Part shown: positions 26,779 through 38,930 of the stretch, piece by piece
Layout: each line of letters opens with the position of its first letter
Position numbering within the stretch: the stretch's first letter is position 1
DNA from: Conidiobolus incongruus B7586
Taxonomy: Eukaryota
Reading direction: 5' to 3'
Length of the DNA: 41,320 nt
Assembly: GCA_000697335.1 (NCBI GenBank)
Contig: JNEM01011893.1
Span: 1 to 41,320 of the forward strand
Translations under genes and position numbers: made by a program
The notes under the pieces: generated by a model
Database searches by the model: none
What the model saw: the letters and a program-made list of their open reading frames with translations, nothing else
What the model was told of the DNA's origin: nothing

Positions 26779-28006
26779 TAATAATTTGGAATAAAAAAAT
26801 GGCAAATTTTTTAATTTCTGATTTTTCATGCATATTGTTGATTTTAAAAAATAAATCATATACAAAATATATAAGAGAATTAATATTTTCAAACTATATA
26901 TATTTATTTCTAATAATTTTTTCATCAAAATATTTCTATATAAAAATATAAAGTGGAATTTAATTTTAATTAAACTAGATTTTAATTATCAAAAGTTCTT
27001 TTATTTTAGTATCATTAAAATTTAACTATAAACTCTTTAAAATCATTAAAAATTTACAAAAAATTTATAAAGATACTACTTTATTTGAAACTACAATTTA
27101 CCACTAGATTTGGTATTTTAAAATTAGAAAAAATATTATTCAAAATTTATTAAAATTAAAGATTAATATTTATAATTATTTTTCATTTATTAACAAAATA
27201 AAAAATATGTTAAAAACAGCTTTTTGTTTTAGCTAAAGTATTATATAAGTAATTTAATATTAATTATATAGATATATTATATATATTAAATTTTAAACTT
27301 AGATTAATTAATAAAAATATAAAATAAATATCTTATCATTTAACAAAAATATAAAGAACTAAGCAAGTTATAGTTAAATAAAATCTATTAAAATATATTT
27401 ATAAACAAAGCTTTTTATATTAATTATTATTTAAAAATAAACTAAAATATTAAAAAAATAATCTTTAATTATATAATCTAATAATCAAATATATCTATTT
27501 GTTAGTAAATATTAGTTATTATAATTAGTTTTAATAGTAAATAATTTTTGATTTAGCTTTTAAAAATAAATTAATTAATAATAAATATTATGTAATATTT
27601 CTAAATTAAAAATTAAGATATTCATTATTTTATATAATAATTGTAAAATACTTAAAATTAAAGTTATAATGATTCCCTATATAAAAAAACTAAAAAAACT
27701 ATAATATCTTATATTTACCAGATTAAAGTCCATATGTCTATAATTGCTTTAAGTAATTAAATACTATCCTTATAGGAAAAAAATTCCTACAAATAAATTA
27801 AACTAATTTATGAAATATTAAATTCAGTCTTTAATAAAAAAACTATTTTTGTAATCTTAAAAGCTTGCTAAAAATATGGTAAAAAATGATTAATAATAAA
27901 ACAATATTAGTTCTATCCTATCAATTAATATTTATAATGCATATATTAATAATTATATTTAGTTTGGATTTTAAGATCATATCATTATTTTATTTATATG
28001 GTAATA
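26779..28006 (+). mobile_element. mariner copy 3 (most decayed; about 90 bp shorter than copies 1 and 2)
   Basis: Collinear with the reverse complement of 386-1707: 5' end aaaaaaatggcaaattttttaatttctg, then taaactagattttaattatcaaaag, aataattgtaaaata, ccagat...ctataattgcttt and aaattcagtctttaataaaaa. The 3' end is ...atatggtaata. Confidence 0.85.
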
Positions 28007-30009
28007 ATATATATTTCTTATTAAAATAAATAACTTTAAATTTTAAATTATATTATTACTTCTTTTAGTATTTAAATATATGATTTAATGAAAAAATAAA
28101 ATGTATCTTATAAATACATTAAATATCATTGAACTATAGTTAAATATTTATAATATCATTTATTTAAATTACTTCATCTTAAATAGTTGTTTAATTTTTT
28201 TCAATTGATATAATATTTGATTAGTATTGATATTTTGTTGAATTGAAAAAATAGGATCAGTATTACTATTCAGAATAATCGAAAATAAAATAAATAAATA
28301 ATAACCAATTGAATGATAATATCAAGTTTTATTGCAATTTACTGGATTCAAGAATATTCTAAACTTTGAAAAATCAATCTATTCAAGACTGTTCCCAATT
28401 ATAATATAATTATTTTTATTTTCAAATCCAAATTTGATTAATGTCAATATTATTTACCTGGCAAATTTATAACAAATTGTATTGCTATCATAAGTTTTAA
28501 ATATATGAAAGCGATATAGTTGATGTAACAAAGAGATTAGTATACTTGAAATAGATATTAAAGATATAATTTTTTAATCATATATTATCAGATTGTATAT
28601 TATTGATGTTCTATTATTATCTAAGAACTATTCAGAAAAAAATTTAAGTTACTATTATATTGGAATTAATAACAATTGGCAAGAAATACTGAACTATTAA
28701 ATAAACACTAAATATCAAAAAGACTACATTTTGATCACTTGATTAATACAGACCTTTACATTCATCAATTTCATCTATATATTATTCTTCTAAATTTTTT
28801 ATAATCATTTTTTGAAAAATTTTTGATCAGGATCAATTACGTAGCCATATTTGGAAATATTCTCTTAAATTTTATAGTAGAATGAATTTAATATTAATTA
28901 TATTTATTCTCTGATATTTTGAATTAAACATTTTGCAATATATATATTCCAATTGCTCCATATATATTTTTGTATGATTAAGTGTAACTATTATGAAATC
29001 TGTTTAAATTGAGAAACTTTGATATTAATATATCAATATAATAATTAATTATAATTTTTCATTTTATATCAAAATTCTTTGCCATTCTTGTGATTAATCT
29101 CAATATATCTATACAGAGTATAATGAATTTTTTACCAATTCATTTCAAAACCTATATTAAATATCAAATATACATGTATAAACCTAATTTTTGATTTTTT
29201 AGGCAGCTATTAAAATAGCTATCTAGTAATTGATAATGCTAATAAAAATGTCTTAATTAAGTGTTCATATGTTATCTGAATGTAAATATTTGAATTTTTA
29301 AAATATCATTGCAAAAACATTGATTTTTAATAATCGTTTAGACATAATAATATTAATTATTTCAACAAAATCTCGATAACACTGTTATATACATTGATCT
29401 TTAATCATTTAGTTTATAATATCTACTGAATCATTTTAAAACCAATATATTTAATTAAATCAAAAAGATTATAATAAATAAACGATAGTTTTATTTTAAC
29501 TATTTCACTATTTATAATTGCCACCCAACACTAACATAAAGAGCTTTCATGTAATAAGTTTATCCTAAAATCACCAATTTGGTAATACTACTAAGTAATC
29601 TGAATTTCAAAAACATAGTCAACTCACGTATGTTCCCATGGCTAACATATCCATACAATCAAAACAAAGTTCGAAGTCCAAATTAATACTATAAATAACT
29701 TTTAACTATTACAAACTATTAAAAGGCGTTAATTATGAAGGATTTGAGCAAATAGACAATTTATTAAGAGGTAAAAATTGGTGAAGGATTCGAGTTTATG
29801 CACCAAATTTGGCAACTTAAATTGAAATTTGCTTGAACAATGATTGAAAATTGATTGGATGTTGGAAACCTCTACTGTGGTGACTGAGGTTCTTTCGTAA
29901 TATTAGTTAATTGAAAGTTGATTATGCTAAAAGTAATTAAGTTTGAAAAATTAATTTTTATTATTACAAGAACTTCATATAGTAAAAATTCATTTTATTA
30001 GTAATATAA

Positions 30010-30036
30010 TGTGATAATTGTGATAATTGTGATAAA
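30010..30036. repeat. Three tandem 9-mers (TGTGATAAT)
   Basis: Sequence tgtgataattgtgataattgtgataaa; each unit contains TGATAA. Confidence 0.7.
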
Positions 30037-31091
30037 TTTTATTTAATATATAATAAAATGGGGAAAATTATAAATTTTAAAAAATTAAAACTTTAGTTGA
30101 TATTATTTTGTTATTTCATATTTTTCTAAACAAATCAATCGAATTATGGTATAATTATTTATTATTAGTAAAAAAAAACTTTTTTGGAATTTTATAACAC
30201 AATGACTTTTAACAGAATTTTGCTAATATATATTAAATAGCCATGAGGTCGAATAGAACAAAAAATTAATTAATTTATGTTGGCTGAAAAAATAAGTTGG
30301 AATAGTGTTATCACAATTGATTAATTAAGAAAAATACCTAGTTTGATTAAATATTAATATGTAAGTTATATGGTCCGTCATGTGTATGAGAGTTTTTTAA
30401 TATTATTGTTAATATTAATTGCTAAAATAATTGAATTGATTGGATCGAAAATATTCGGCTTTGATGAGCTGGTATTTCTTTGCAGATACTATTATCATTC
30501 AATGATATGAGCTAATTAAGTTCTTTAATACACTTCAGTGTTTGTGCACTATTAATTTAATCTAATTTACATCAATTTAAAATAAAGTAATGCTATATTT
30601 ATTACTTTATCCAATCTAATGCGACAAAATATGGAATGAAGTAACAATAATATTCTCAATACCAATATACACAGCCTAGAATTATATCCAAATATAGTTT
30701 TAACAGGTGACTAAAAATCAACATTATATACTGGAGAATTATCAAATTCCAAAGTATATAAATCAAATTAGTATGGGAGAAATTACCATAAAAATCAAAT
30801 AAATTTCAATTTAAACACAAAAACTATGCTCATTCACAGTTTGTTTACTCAATATTAAAAAAATTGAAATTGATTCTATCAATTTTATTCGTGTATTGAT
30901 CTTAATCATTTTTACATATTATTCTAACTCTGTTGCATTGAATTATTGCTCTCTAATTCAATCCCTTGGTGTTTAGACTCTTTTTTATCACTGTTCACCT
31001 TTTTAACTTATTCACTACTACCTTTTTCCTACTATAACTGGATATAAATTATAATTCAGCTATTATATTTTAATACATTAAATATCATAAT

Positions 31092-33381
31092 ATGACCGAA
31101 GTACTAAAGTCAGGTTACGTTAATATTAAAGACGACGGCATTCGTTCTTGGATTTGGTCCAAGCGTTGGTTATGTTTAAGGGAATTAACTCTCTCTTTTC
31201 ACCGTAATGAGGTAATACCAATAATTTTATAAAATTTTGTTAATAATAACTAATAAAACCAAAATTTTTTATTCAGCAGACAAGTTTAGCTTATGCCATC
31301 GTATTTTTAAAAGAAGTATTAAGTGTTAACCGCACAGATTTAAAACCATATTGTTTAGAGTTGGGTACTAAAGACCGTACCTATTATATGGCTTGCAAAA
31401 ATGATGAGGAATTGTATTCTTGGATGGACGCTATTTATTCGGTAATTTTTTTATTGTTAAACCTATAAAACTTAGATTTATTAATATTTTTTATAGAGAT
31501 CTCCGGAGATGGGTGTTTCTCGTCCTACAGGTTTCGTTCATAAGGTTCACGTCGATTTCGACCCAACTAGCGGTATGTTTACGGTAAGTTTAATTTTCAA
31601 TTAATTACTGTTTTTTATGAATTTTAATTTTAACTCCAAATTTAATATTTATTCAATAATTAACATATTCAAAATATTTTCAAATGTAAGAACAATCAAT
31701 ACTAATAATTTTATTAGGGACTTCCTGACCAATGGGCACAATTACTATCCACTTCGAAAATTACCAGAGATGATTACGCTAAAGACCCTCAAGCTGTGTT
31801 GGATGTGTTAGAATTTTATACTGAGCAAACCCAACTAGGAAGCAATTTCGACAATAAGTGGGCCGGTCTTATCCCTCAAACTCAAACTCAAAACAAGGTC
31901 CTCACTTCATCTCCCACTACTTCTCCCAACCAACTCACCCCGAATAACTACAAAAAGCTTGAACCTCCTTCAACTAGTGGCAGTGGCTCCTCATTTAAAG
32001 ACTTGACTAATCAAATTACCAAGAGAATGTCAAATCTTCATATGGATGTAATTATATTCATTTTATTCAATATTTCATTTTTTAACATTAATTTTTTAAC
32101 TTTTTTAGCGCTCCCAATCTCCTTCACCTTCTAGAGTAAGTATTAATTGGACATTATTCTTATTTATAGCTAAATGGAATGATTTTAGACTCCTGTAGGC
32201 ACTGCACCTGGATCGCCCCAACTCAATAAGGTAGACCCACATGCTGAGACTTTGGCCAATCTCAACGGCACCAAACCCAAGTCAGCAGCCCCTAAGGTCA
32301 AAGATCAGAGACTGTCAACTATGACAGAACCTCAGATCATGGATAAACTCCGTTCTATCGTATCCAAGACTGATCCTTCGACTCTCTACACCAAAATCAA
32401 AAAAATTGGTCAAGGGTAATTGATATAGCATATTAACCAATTCAAAATTAATTAAATTGTATATAGTGCTTCCGGTTCAGTTTACGTAGCCCGATGCAAT
32501 ACTTCAGGCATCAAAGTTGCCATTAAACAAATGGATTTGACCAATCAACCACGCAAAGAACTCATCGTCAACGAAATTTTAGTCATGAAGGAGTCACAGC
32601 ACCCTAACATTGTAAATTATTTAGATAGTTTCTTATTAGGCAAGAACGACCTCTGGGTTGTAATGGACTATATGGAAGGTGGTGCTTTAACGGATATTAT
32701 TGATAATAACGATACTATGACAGAACGCCAAATCGCTACCATCTGTTTCGAAACTTGTAAGGGTTTGGATCATCTTCACAGTCGAAATATTATCCATCGT
32801 GATATTAAGAGTGACAATGTATTACTGGATAGAAATGGCCAAGTTAAAATTAGTAAGTTTATTATTAAAATTTATTTTATCATTTAGCTTATCCTTTTTA
32901 ATCAGCTGACTTTGGCTTCTGTGCCAAACTTTCTGAAACTCACAGCAAGAGAGCTACAATGGTTGGTACACCTTACTGGATGGCTCCAGAAGTTGTTAAA
33001 CAGAAGGAATATGGCGCTAAAGTGGATGTCTGGTCTCTTGGTATTATGGCTATTGAAATGATTGAAAAGGAACCCCCCTACTTGGACGAAGAACCCCTTA
33101 AAGCTCTTTATCTTATTGCCACGAATGGTACTCCAACGCTCAAAAACTCAGCTGCTCTTAGTCCCGAGCTCAAGCAATTCTTGGCCAAATGCCTATCTGT
33201 TGATGTGTCCGTAAGATCTACCGCAGCGGAATTACTTAACGTAAGTCACATTTCAACACTTCTCATTTCCACATTCATAGATTCTAACTTCTAATTTTAG
33301 GACGATTTCTTGAAGAAGAGTGCACCTCTCAGTAAATTAGCCCCCTTACTCAAATTCCGCGAAGCCAATGGCGGTCACTAA
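31092..33381 (+). CDS. CLA4: PAK/Ste20-family kinase with PH + CRIB + kinase domains (Cla4-like)
   Basis: 9 exons. PH domain [46 protein letters not shown]...TGLPDQW, and kinase [44 protein letters not shown]. Confidence 0.92.
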
Positions 33382-33920
33382 TTAGCAAACGAACGATCAC
33401 TATTATCATTATTATTCACTCAATCAATTCATCGACCATTTCTTTCGTATATAATTTCACCATATTTAGGCTCCCCGAGTCTAATCCTTTAATCGTTTTT
33501 CTATAATTTTGTAAAGGTTTTCCCATACCATTTTTATCAATTCACTTAACCTTATACATATATATTAACTATTCACCAGTATGTTTCAAATTTAACCTCA
33601 TTATATTTGAAATGATTAATTAAATTATATATATTATATTAAAATGACTATTTTTGGTGTTTTGATATGATTTCAATAAACTTTTATTATAGTCTTTGGA
33701 TTTTTATTTTAATTGAATTATACTAATATTATAAATCAATTTTGATATTCCTGTGCCTCAAATGTATTATTGACGATTTGATATTGTTTAATTATTATTA
33801 AATGATATTCATTATTTGGTTATTTTAAAATTTAATTTTATTATTGTATTTTCTAAATAACCTTTTAAGAATTGAAAACTATTCAAGAATGTTATGTTTC
33901 ATTAAATTCATAAGTGATTA

Positions 33921-35238
33921 TATTACTTTGTAATTTAAATAATAGGAATTTTTTGTGATTGAAAAAAAATAAACATTTTAATATATAAAAAGTAAAAATA
34001 AATATATATTATAAAATCAATAATTTCCTTTATTTCTAATAACTTTTTGCTATACTTTTAACAAAGATCTAACACCTAAAAAATAGTTTTTTTTATTAAA
34101 GACTGAAATTTGATGTTTTACAAACCAATTAAATTTTCCTGCAGAAATTTTCTTTCTTGTAAGCTAGTTTTTTAATTGCCTAAAACAATTATAATCACAT
34201 AGGTTATAATCTAAAAAATATACTAGATGTGGTAGTTTTTCCCAGTTATTTTTAATTAGAAAATTTTTTACAACTTTAGATTTATGTATTTTACAATTAT
34301 CATGTAAAATAATAAGTTTTCTTAAATTATATTAAAAATACCAATTAGAAATAGTTTTATTTAAAAAAGAAATATAAAATTTATTATTAATAGATTTTCT
34401 TTTAAGAACTAAATAAAAATAACATATATTATTATAATCTATTACTATAATTAACATTTGTTTATTAATAAAGTGTTTATTTAAAAGAATTTGTAGAAGG
34501 GGTTGATTTAATTTAATCTAACACTTTAATTTATATTTTAACAAAAAATTATATAAAAGAATCTAAAATTCATTAATTATAATAATTCACTGTAAAAAGT
34601 TTAATTTCTAGTTATACTTTAGTAAATTTTGTTTAATAATAACTACTTTAACTTTTTTTAAGTTTTAGTTAAATTATAAAGTATCTATTTTATATTTTTA
34701 TTAATTAATTTTAATTTATACTTTAATATATATAAAATACTTGTGTAACTAATATTAAAGTGTTTTAATAGTTTTTTAACTGAAATAAAAAAGTACTTTT
34801 TAATATAATTTTTTACTTTATTAACAATTAAAAAAATAATAATTGAAATTAATTTTTTAAATTTTAACAAGTTTTAAATAGTTTTTTTTTAACTTTAAAG
34901 TAATTTATTTAGTAATAAATTGTTAATTTAGATAATACTTTATTACTAAAAGCTGTTTATAAATTTTAAATAATTTTAAAAGGTTTGTAGTTAAGTTTTA
35001 CTAATACTAAAATAAAAAACTTTTGATAGTTACTATTTAGTTTAAATATAATTAAATTAAATAACTAATTTTAAAAAATGATTGTTTTAATCAAAAAAAT
35101 TATTATATATATATAAATATATATTAAAAATATATAATTTCCTATTAACTTTATATATATTTATTTATTTCAAACTAATAATATGTTTGAAAAATCAGAA
35201 ATTAAAAAATATCCTATTTCTTTGATTCTATGGTAATA
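33921..35238 (-). mobile_element. mariner copy 2, inactivated by transitions
   Basis: 1318 bp. TIRs tattactttgtaatttaaataataggaatttttt and rc tattaccatagaatcaaagaaataggatatttttt. Collinear with 386-1707 (shared ttattaaagactgaaatttgatgttt and aaaacaattataatcacatag). Encodes ILHDNCKIH and NWENYHI*YIFLDYNLCDY. Confidence 0.9.
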
Positions 35239-35695
35239 ATATGATTTTTATTATATAATTAGAATTTGAAAACTTTGATATAATTAATTTTTATTCATTC
35301 AATAAATTTGGATTTTAAATTAAATATTCAATAATGATTATTCAACTGACAATAAAAATGTTATCAATTCAATGAAATGCCAGTAATTTTGAACTTTAAT
35401 ATTCTATATAATTAGGGTAATTAAATATATTATAATAAAATTTATGGATAAATATGAGTTCAACATTTTACATTAATCATTCATTGTATATAATAAATGC
35501 AAATAATTATATTCGATTATGAATTAGATTTTTACTGGAAAATACTGTGAGTGAATTTTTTATTGCATCTAATAAATGTAAAAGATATTATATATATTTA
35601 AGATATATGATATTAATAATTTTAAGCTAATATTTGATAATGTTTTAAAGTATTGATGATGAATAAACTATTCAACTTGAAAATATTTGAATTGT

Positions 35696-35713
35696 CAATC
35701 CCATAATATTAAT
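35696..35713 (+). promoter_or_regulatory. Candidate promoter motif CAATCCCATAATATTAAT
   Basis: About 200 bp upstream of the predicted RPB3 ATG at 35904. Confidence 0.55.
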
Positions 35714-35903
35714 CAATTCCTTATATTTATCTAAAAGATTCCACTTGGCAAAACGTAATTTTATCCATTTTGTAAAATTCAATTAATAATCCAAAAACAA
35801 CATTAACAATAATAATTATATTAAATTATAATTGATTTGATTATTTAATTACCTACTTTTCCCTTGTCAATTCTATTATTTTGCTTATAAAACTTTAGTA
35901 AAT

Positions 35904-37016
35904 ATGTCAGATTCGGAATCAGGATTTTATAATAGAGGTATATTTAAATTCTCCCCTTAATTTACTTTCCACAATTTGGTTTATATTTTGTAATATTTAG
36001 ATAGAAATTACGATAACAATAATGACGACGCATTTTTTGATAATGATAATTATTCAAAATCCAAATCAGGTTCTAAAGCTAGAGCTGGAGGTAATGTAGG
36101 GTTTAAATCCAATATTGAAACGAGTTTCGAAGATGCTCCACCTATCGACCCTGTACAATGGAGAAAAAAATTGCAAAAGAAGCGTAATATGCCTAATTTA
36201 GAGCCAGAGATTTACGTTAGACACTTAGATGACGAACGTATCAAATTCGTGCTGTATGATTGTGATTTGAACTTAGCCAACTCTTTCAGAAGAATTATTC
36301 AAGCTGAAGTACCTACCCTCGCTATTGATTTAGTAGAAATTGAACAGAATACTTCTGTTTTGGCTGACGAATTCTTGGCGCATCGTTTGGGTTTGGTACC
36401 AATTGTCAGTACAAAAGCGGATGTTTACAAGTACTCCAGAGATTGTTCATGCTCCCAGCACTGTGATTTGTGTTCAGTTACTTTTGAGCTTCATGTCAAA
36501 TGCTCTGGGGAAGAGAATATTACTGTGACTACTCACGATCTCGTCAGTAATACTCCAGGTGTTGAACCCGTGAAATTTAGAAACCCTTTGGGTGGCGATA
36601 TTCCAGATCCTGGTATTCCTCTCGTCAAACTTCGCGCTGGTCAGGAAGTCAAATTGAGATGTATTGCCAAGAAAGGAATTGCCAAAGAACATGCTAAATG
36701 GAATCCTGCAACGGCTGTGGGCTTTGAATACGATCCTGAGAACAAACTCCGCCACCTGGATTACTGGGTCGAACAAAGCGATCGCGAATGGCCCGTGAGT
36801 GATAATGCTAACTTGGAAATGACTGTTGACGACAAATTGCCATTTGACTATAATGCAGAACCCGAAGCCTTCTACTTTGATGTCGAATCCTCCGGTACCA
36901 TTCCTCCTGAATCCATCTGTGTTACAGCACTTAAACTCCTCCAGGATAAGCTCGGAACCCTCTCTCTTGCCCTCAACGGCGCTGACGAACCAGCAGCTAA
37001 TGATAAGGGATGGTAA
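35904..37016 (+). CDS. RPB3: RNA polymerase II subunit Rpb3, with a predicted N-terminal extension
   Basis: Core LANSFRRIIQAEVPTLAIDLVEI, DEFLAHRLGLVP, a Zn-binding CxCxxxCxxC and AKKGIAKEHAKW. The frame is open back to 36001, and exon 35904-35937 splices in frame across intron 35938-36000. The start choice is less certain than the identity. Confidence 0.9.
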
Positions 37017-37444
37017 TCGTGTAATTTGCTTAAAACATTTGTAAAAAATCTCAATATTGCAATCAAATATTCCATAGCTTATAACCTTATATGATAATGG
37101 CTTAATATCAATCATTCAGGTTGATCAACTTTAAATTGAATTACTTATTTTTATTTGAATTTCTACCATAATATATAAATCAATCTAATATTACAACTCA
37201 AACTTTAAAATCATGTTTATAATCTGGTAAATATATGATTTTTCATCTTATTTATGTATTTTTTATATTAAATCTCTTATTTTGAATTATTAAGCTATTA
37301 GATTAATAATACTAATTGAATTTATAACAAAGCAATATTGATTATTACAACATAAATGAGTAATCAATTCTATTTCAAAAAATTTATTGAATTTATTTTT
37401 CAAATTAATTTTAATATTGATCAGGCAACTACCATTATAAAAGA

Positions 37445-38930
37445 TCAATGGTGTGACTTCAAATCCGATAATGACAAACTATCAATATTACTATTTAGCA
37501 AAATTTCTCGACTAGCGTTAGTATAATTCTCAGTAAAGTATTCAACTCTGTTATTATTTAAAAAACTATTAAAGGTTAGTATAATCTTTAATAGAAAGAA
37601 AATATAGATTACTTGAGAAGTTCATTGCATTTCGCCTGTATAAAAGCTTCTTCCTTGGGTGTGAATTCATTTTGTAAGATGAAATTAGGTAATTGAACTA
37701 ATATAAATCTTAATATTATTTTATTATATATTTTAAATATAAAATTACCTAGCATTCTCAACAAGTACTCAGGTGAATATACCAAACTCAGGTCATCGTC
37801 AATATTGGCATCATTGGTCTGTTTGATGAATTGGGGACGCTCTAATCCGAATAATAAGAAACTTCCCAAAGTTTGGTTGAATAGAGTCTTCAAACTTGAT
37901 ATTAGGATGGTTAACTCTTTGAAGTCACTAAAGAGTGTTAATCGATGTATTGTAATAAATGGGGCTGAGTATTTACTCAGTTTTTAATTTCTTATCCAAT
38001 TTTTTGTGATTTAAAAAATCGTCAAGTATGGAAGCTACCGAGTGATTTCTGTTTAGTGGAATTAACTTGGTAGAGGTTAATCAATAAGTGTATTGTAATA
38101 TAGTCATTTGAATACCTTCTTTTTACTAGTGATTAAATCCCACTGCTTGATAAGTTCTAGTTTGAGTTGGATGGTAAGCTTAAGATTAATTGGTTTTTTA
38201 TTATTAGATGTTGAACTTGAGGTTGTGTCAGATTCAGATTTCATTTTCTAAGTTTGTTAGTTAATGGATATCTGTATTCATATTTAGTATTCAATACCTT
38301 CTCAGGTGACAATTTTGGCTTTTTAGTTTTATTTCCATTGTCCTTGCCACTATTTGTAGATTTGTCATTCGAATTTGGTTTTTCAACTTTCACAGATTTG
38401 GAATTGGTGCCATTATTAGTTGTATTATTATTAGTTTTAGACTTTGCATTAGGCTTAGGTTTCAATTGGTCTCTTAGTTTCTGTTGCAACTTTTTACCCT
38501 CGTCGTTAAATTTTAACATACGAGTTTCTGGAACCCACTCATCCCAACTAAATCGAATTTAATTAAAAATTTTACATTTATTTTAATGCTAGAATTACGT
38601 TTGGTTCCAACCCTTATAATGTATAAAATAGAGAGGTTTTACAGTTCTACCTCCTGGATCTTTATTCTCATACTCGATATTTTCAATTTCTTCATCGGAA
38701 CTCGTATACCAATCGATGTTCTCAACCTATTATTAACATTTATTAACACTAATATATACTTATTATTTATACTAAATTACTTTAGCTTCATAAATTTGAG
38801 GACCGTGATAACAAAGTACAGACTCTTTCAAACCGTATTTAAATTTTTTCGCTATAGGGATATCGTCTAAGTTGACGAGGATGGGAGTTTCTTTACTGGT
38901 TTTGGATTTTAATTTTTTCTTGTTGGTCAT
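37445..38930 (-). CDS. EAF3: Eaf3/MRG15-family chromatin protein (chromo-barrel + MRG domain)
   Basis: 8 exons. Chromo barrel VLCYHGPQIYEAK and YFIHYKGWNQTWDEWVPETRMLK; diverged MRG domain LIKQWDLIT, LFNQTLGSFLLFGLERPQF and VYSPEYLLRMLVQLP. Confidence 0.85.

Noticed and set aside
26710..34870. ORFs 26710-26928 and 34685-34870 as genes
   Set aside because: The first overlaps the mariner copy 3 terminus. The second is a stop-free fragment of the dead copy 2 transposase.
38100..38300. Apparent premature stop or frameshift in EAF3 at 38241
   Set aside because: Resolved by a 50-nt intron (38297..38248), after which the frame continues into the MRG domain.
36340..38870. Overlapping ORFs around RPB3 and EAF3, including the 213-aa antisense ORF 36474-37115
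   Set aside because: Shadows of conserved genes with no independent motifs.
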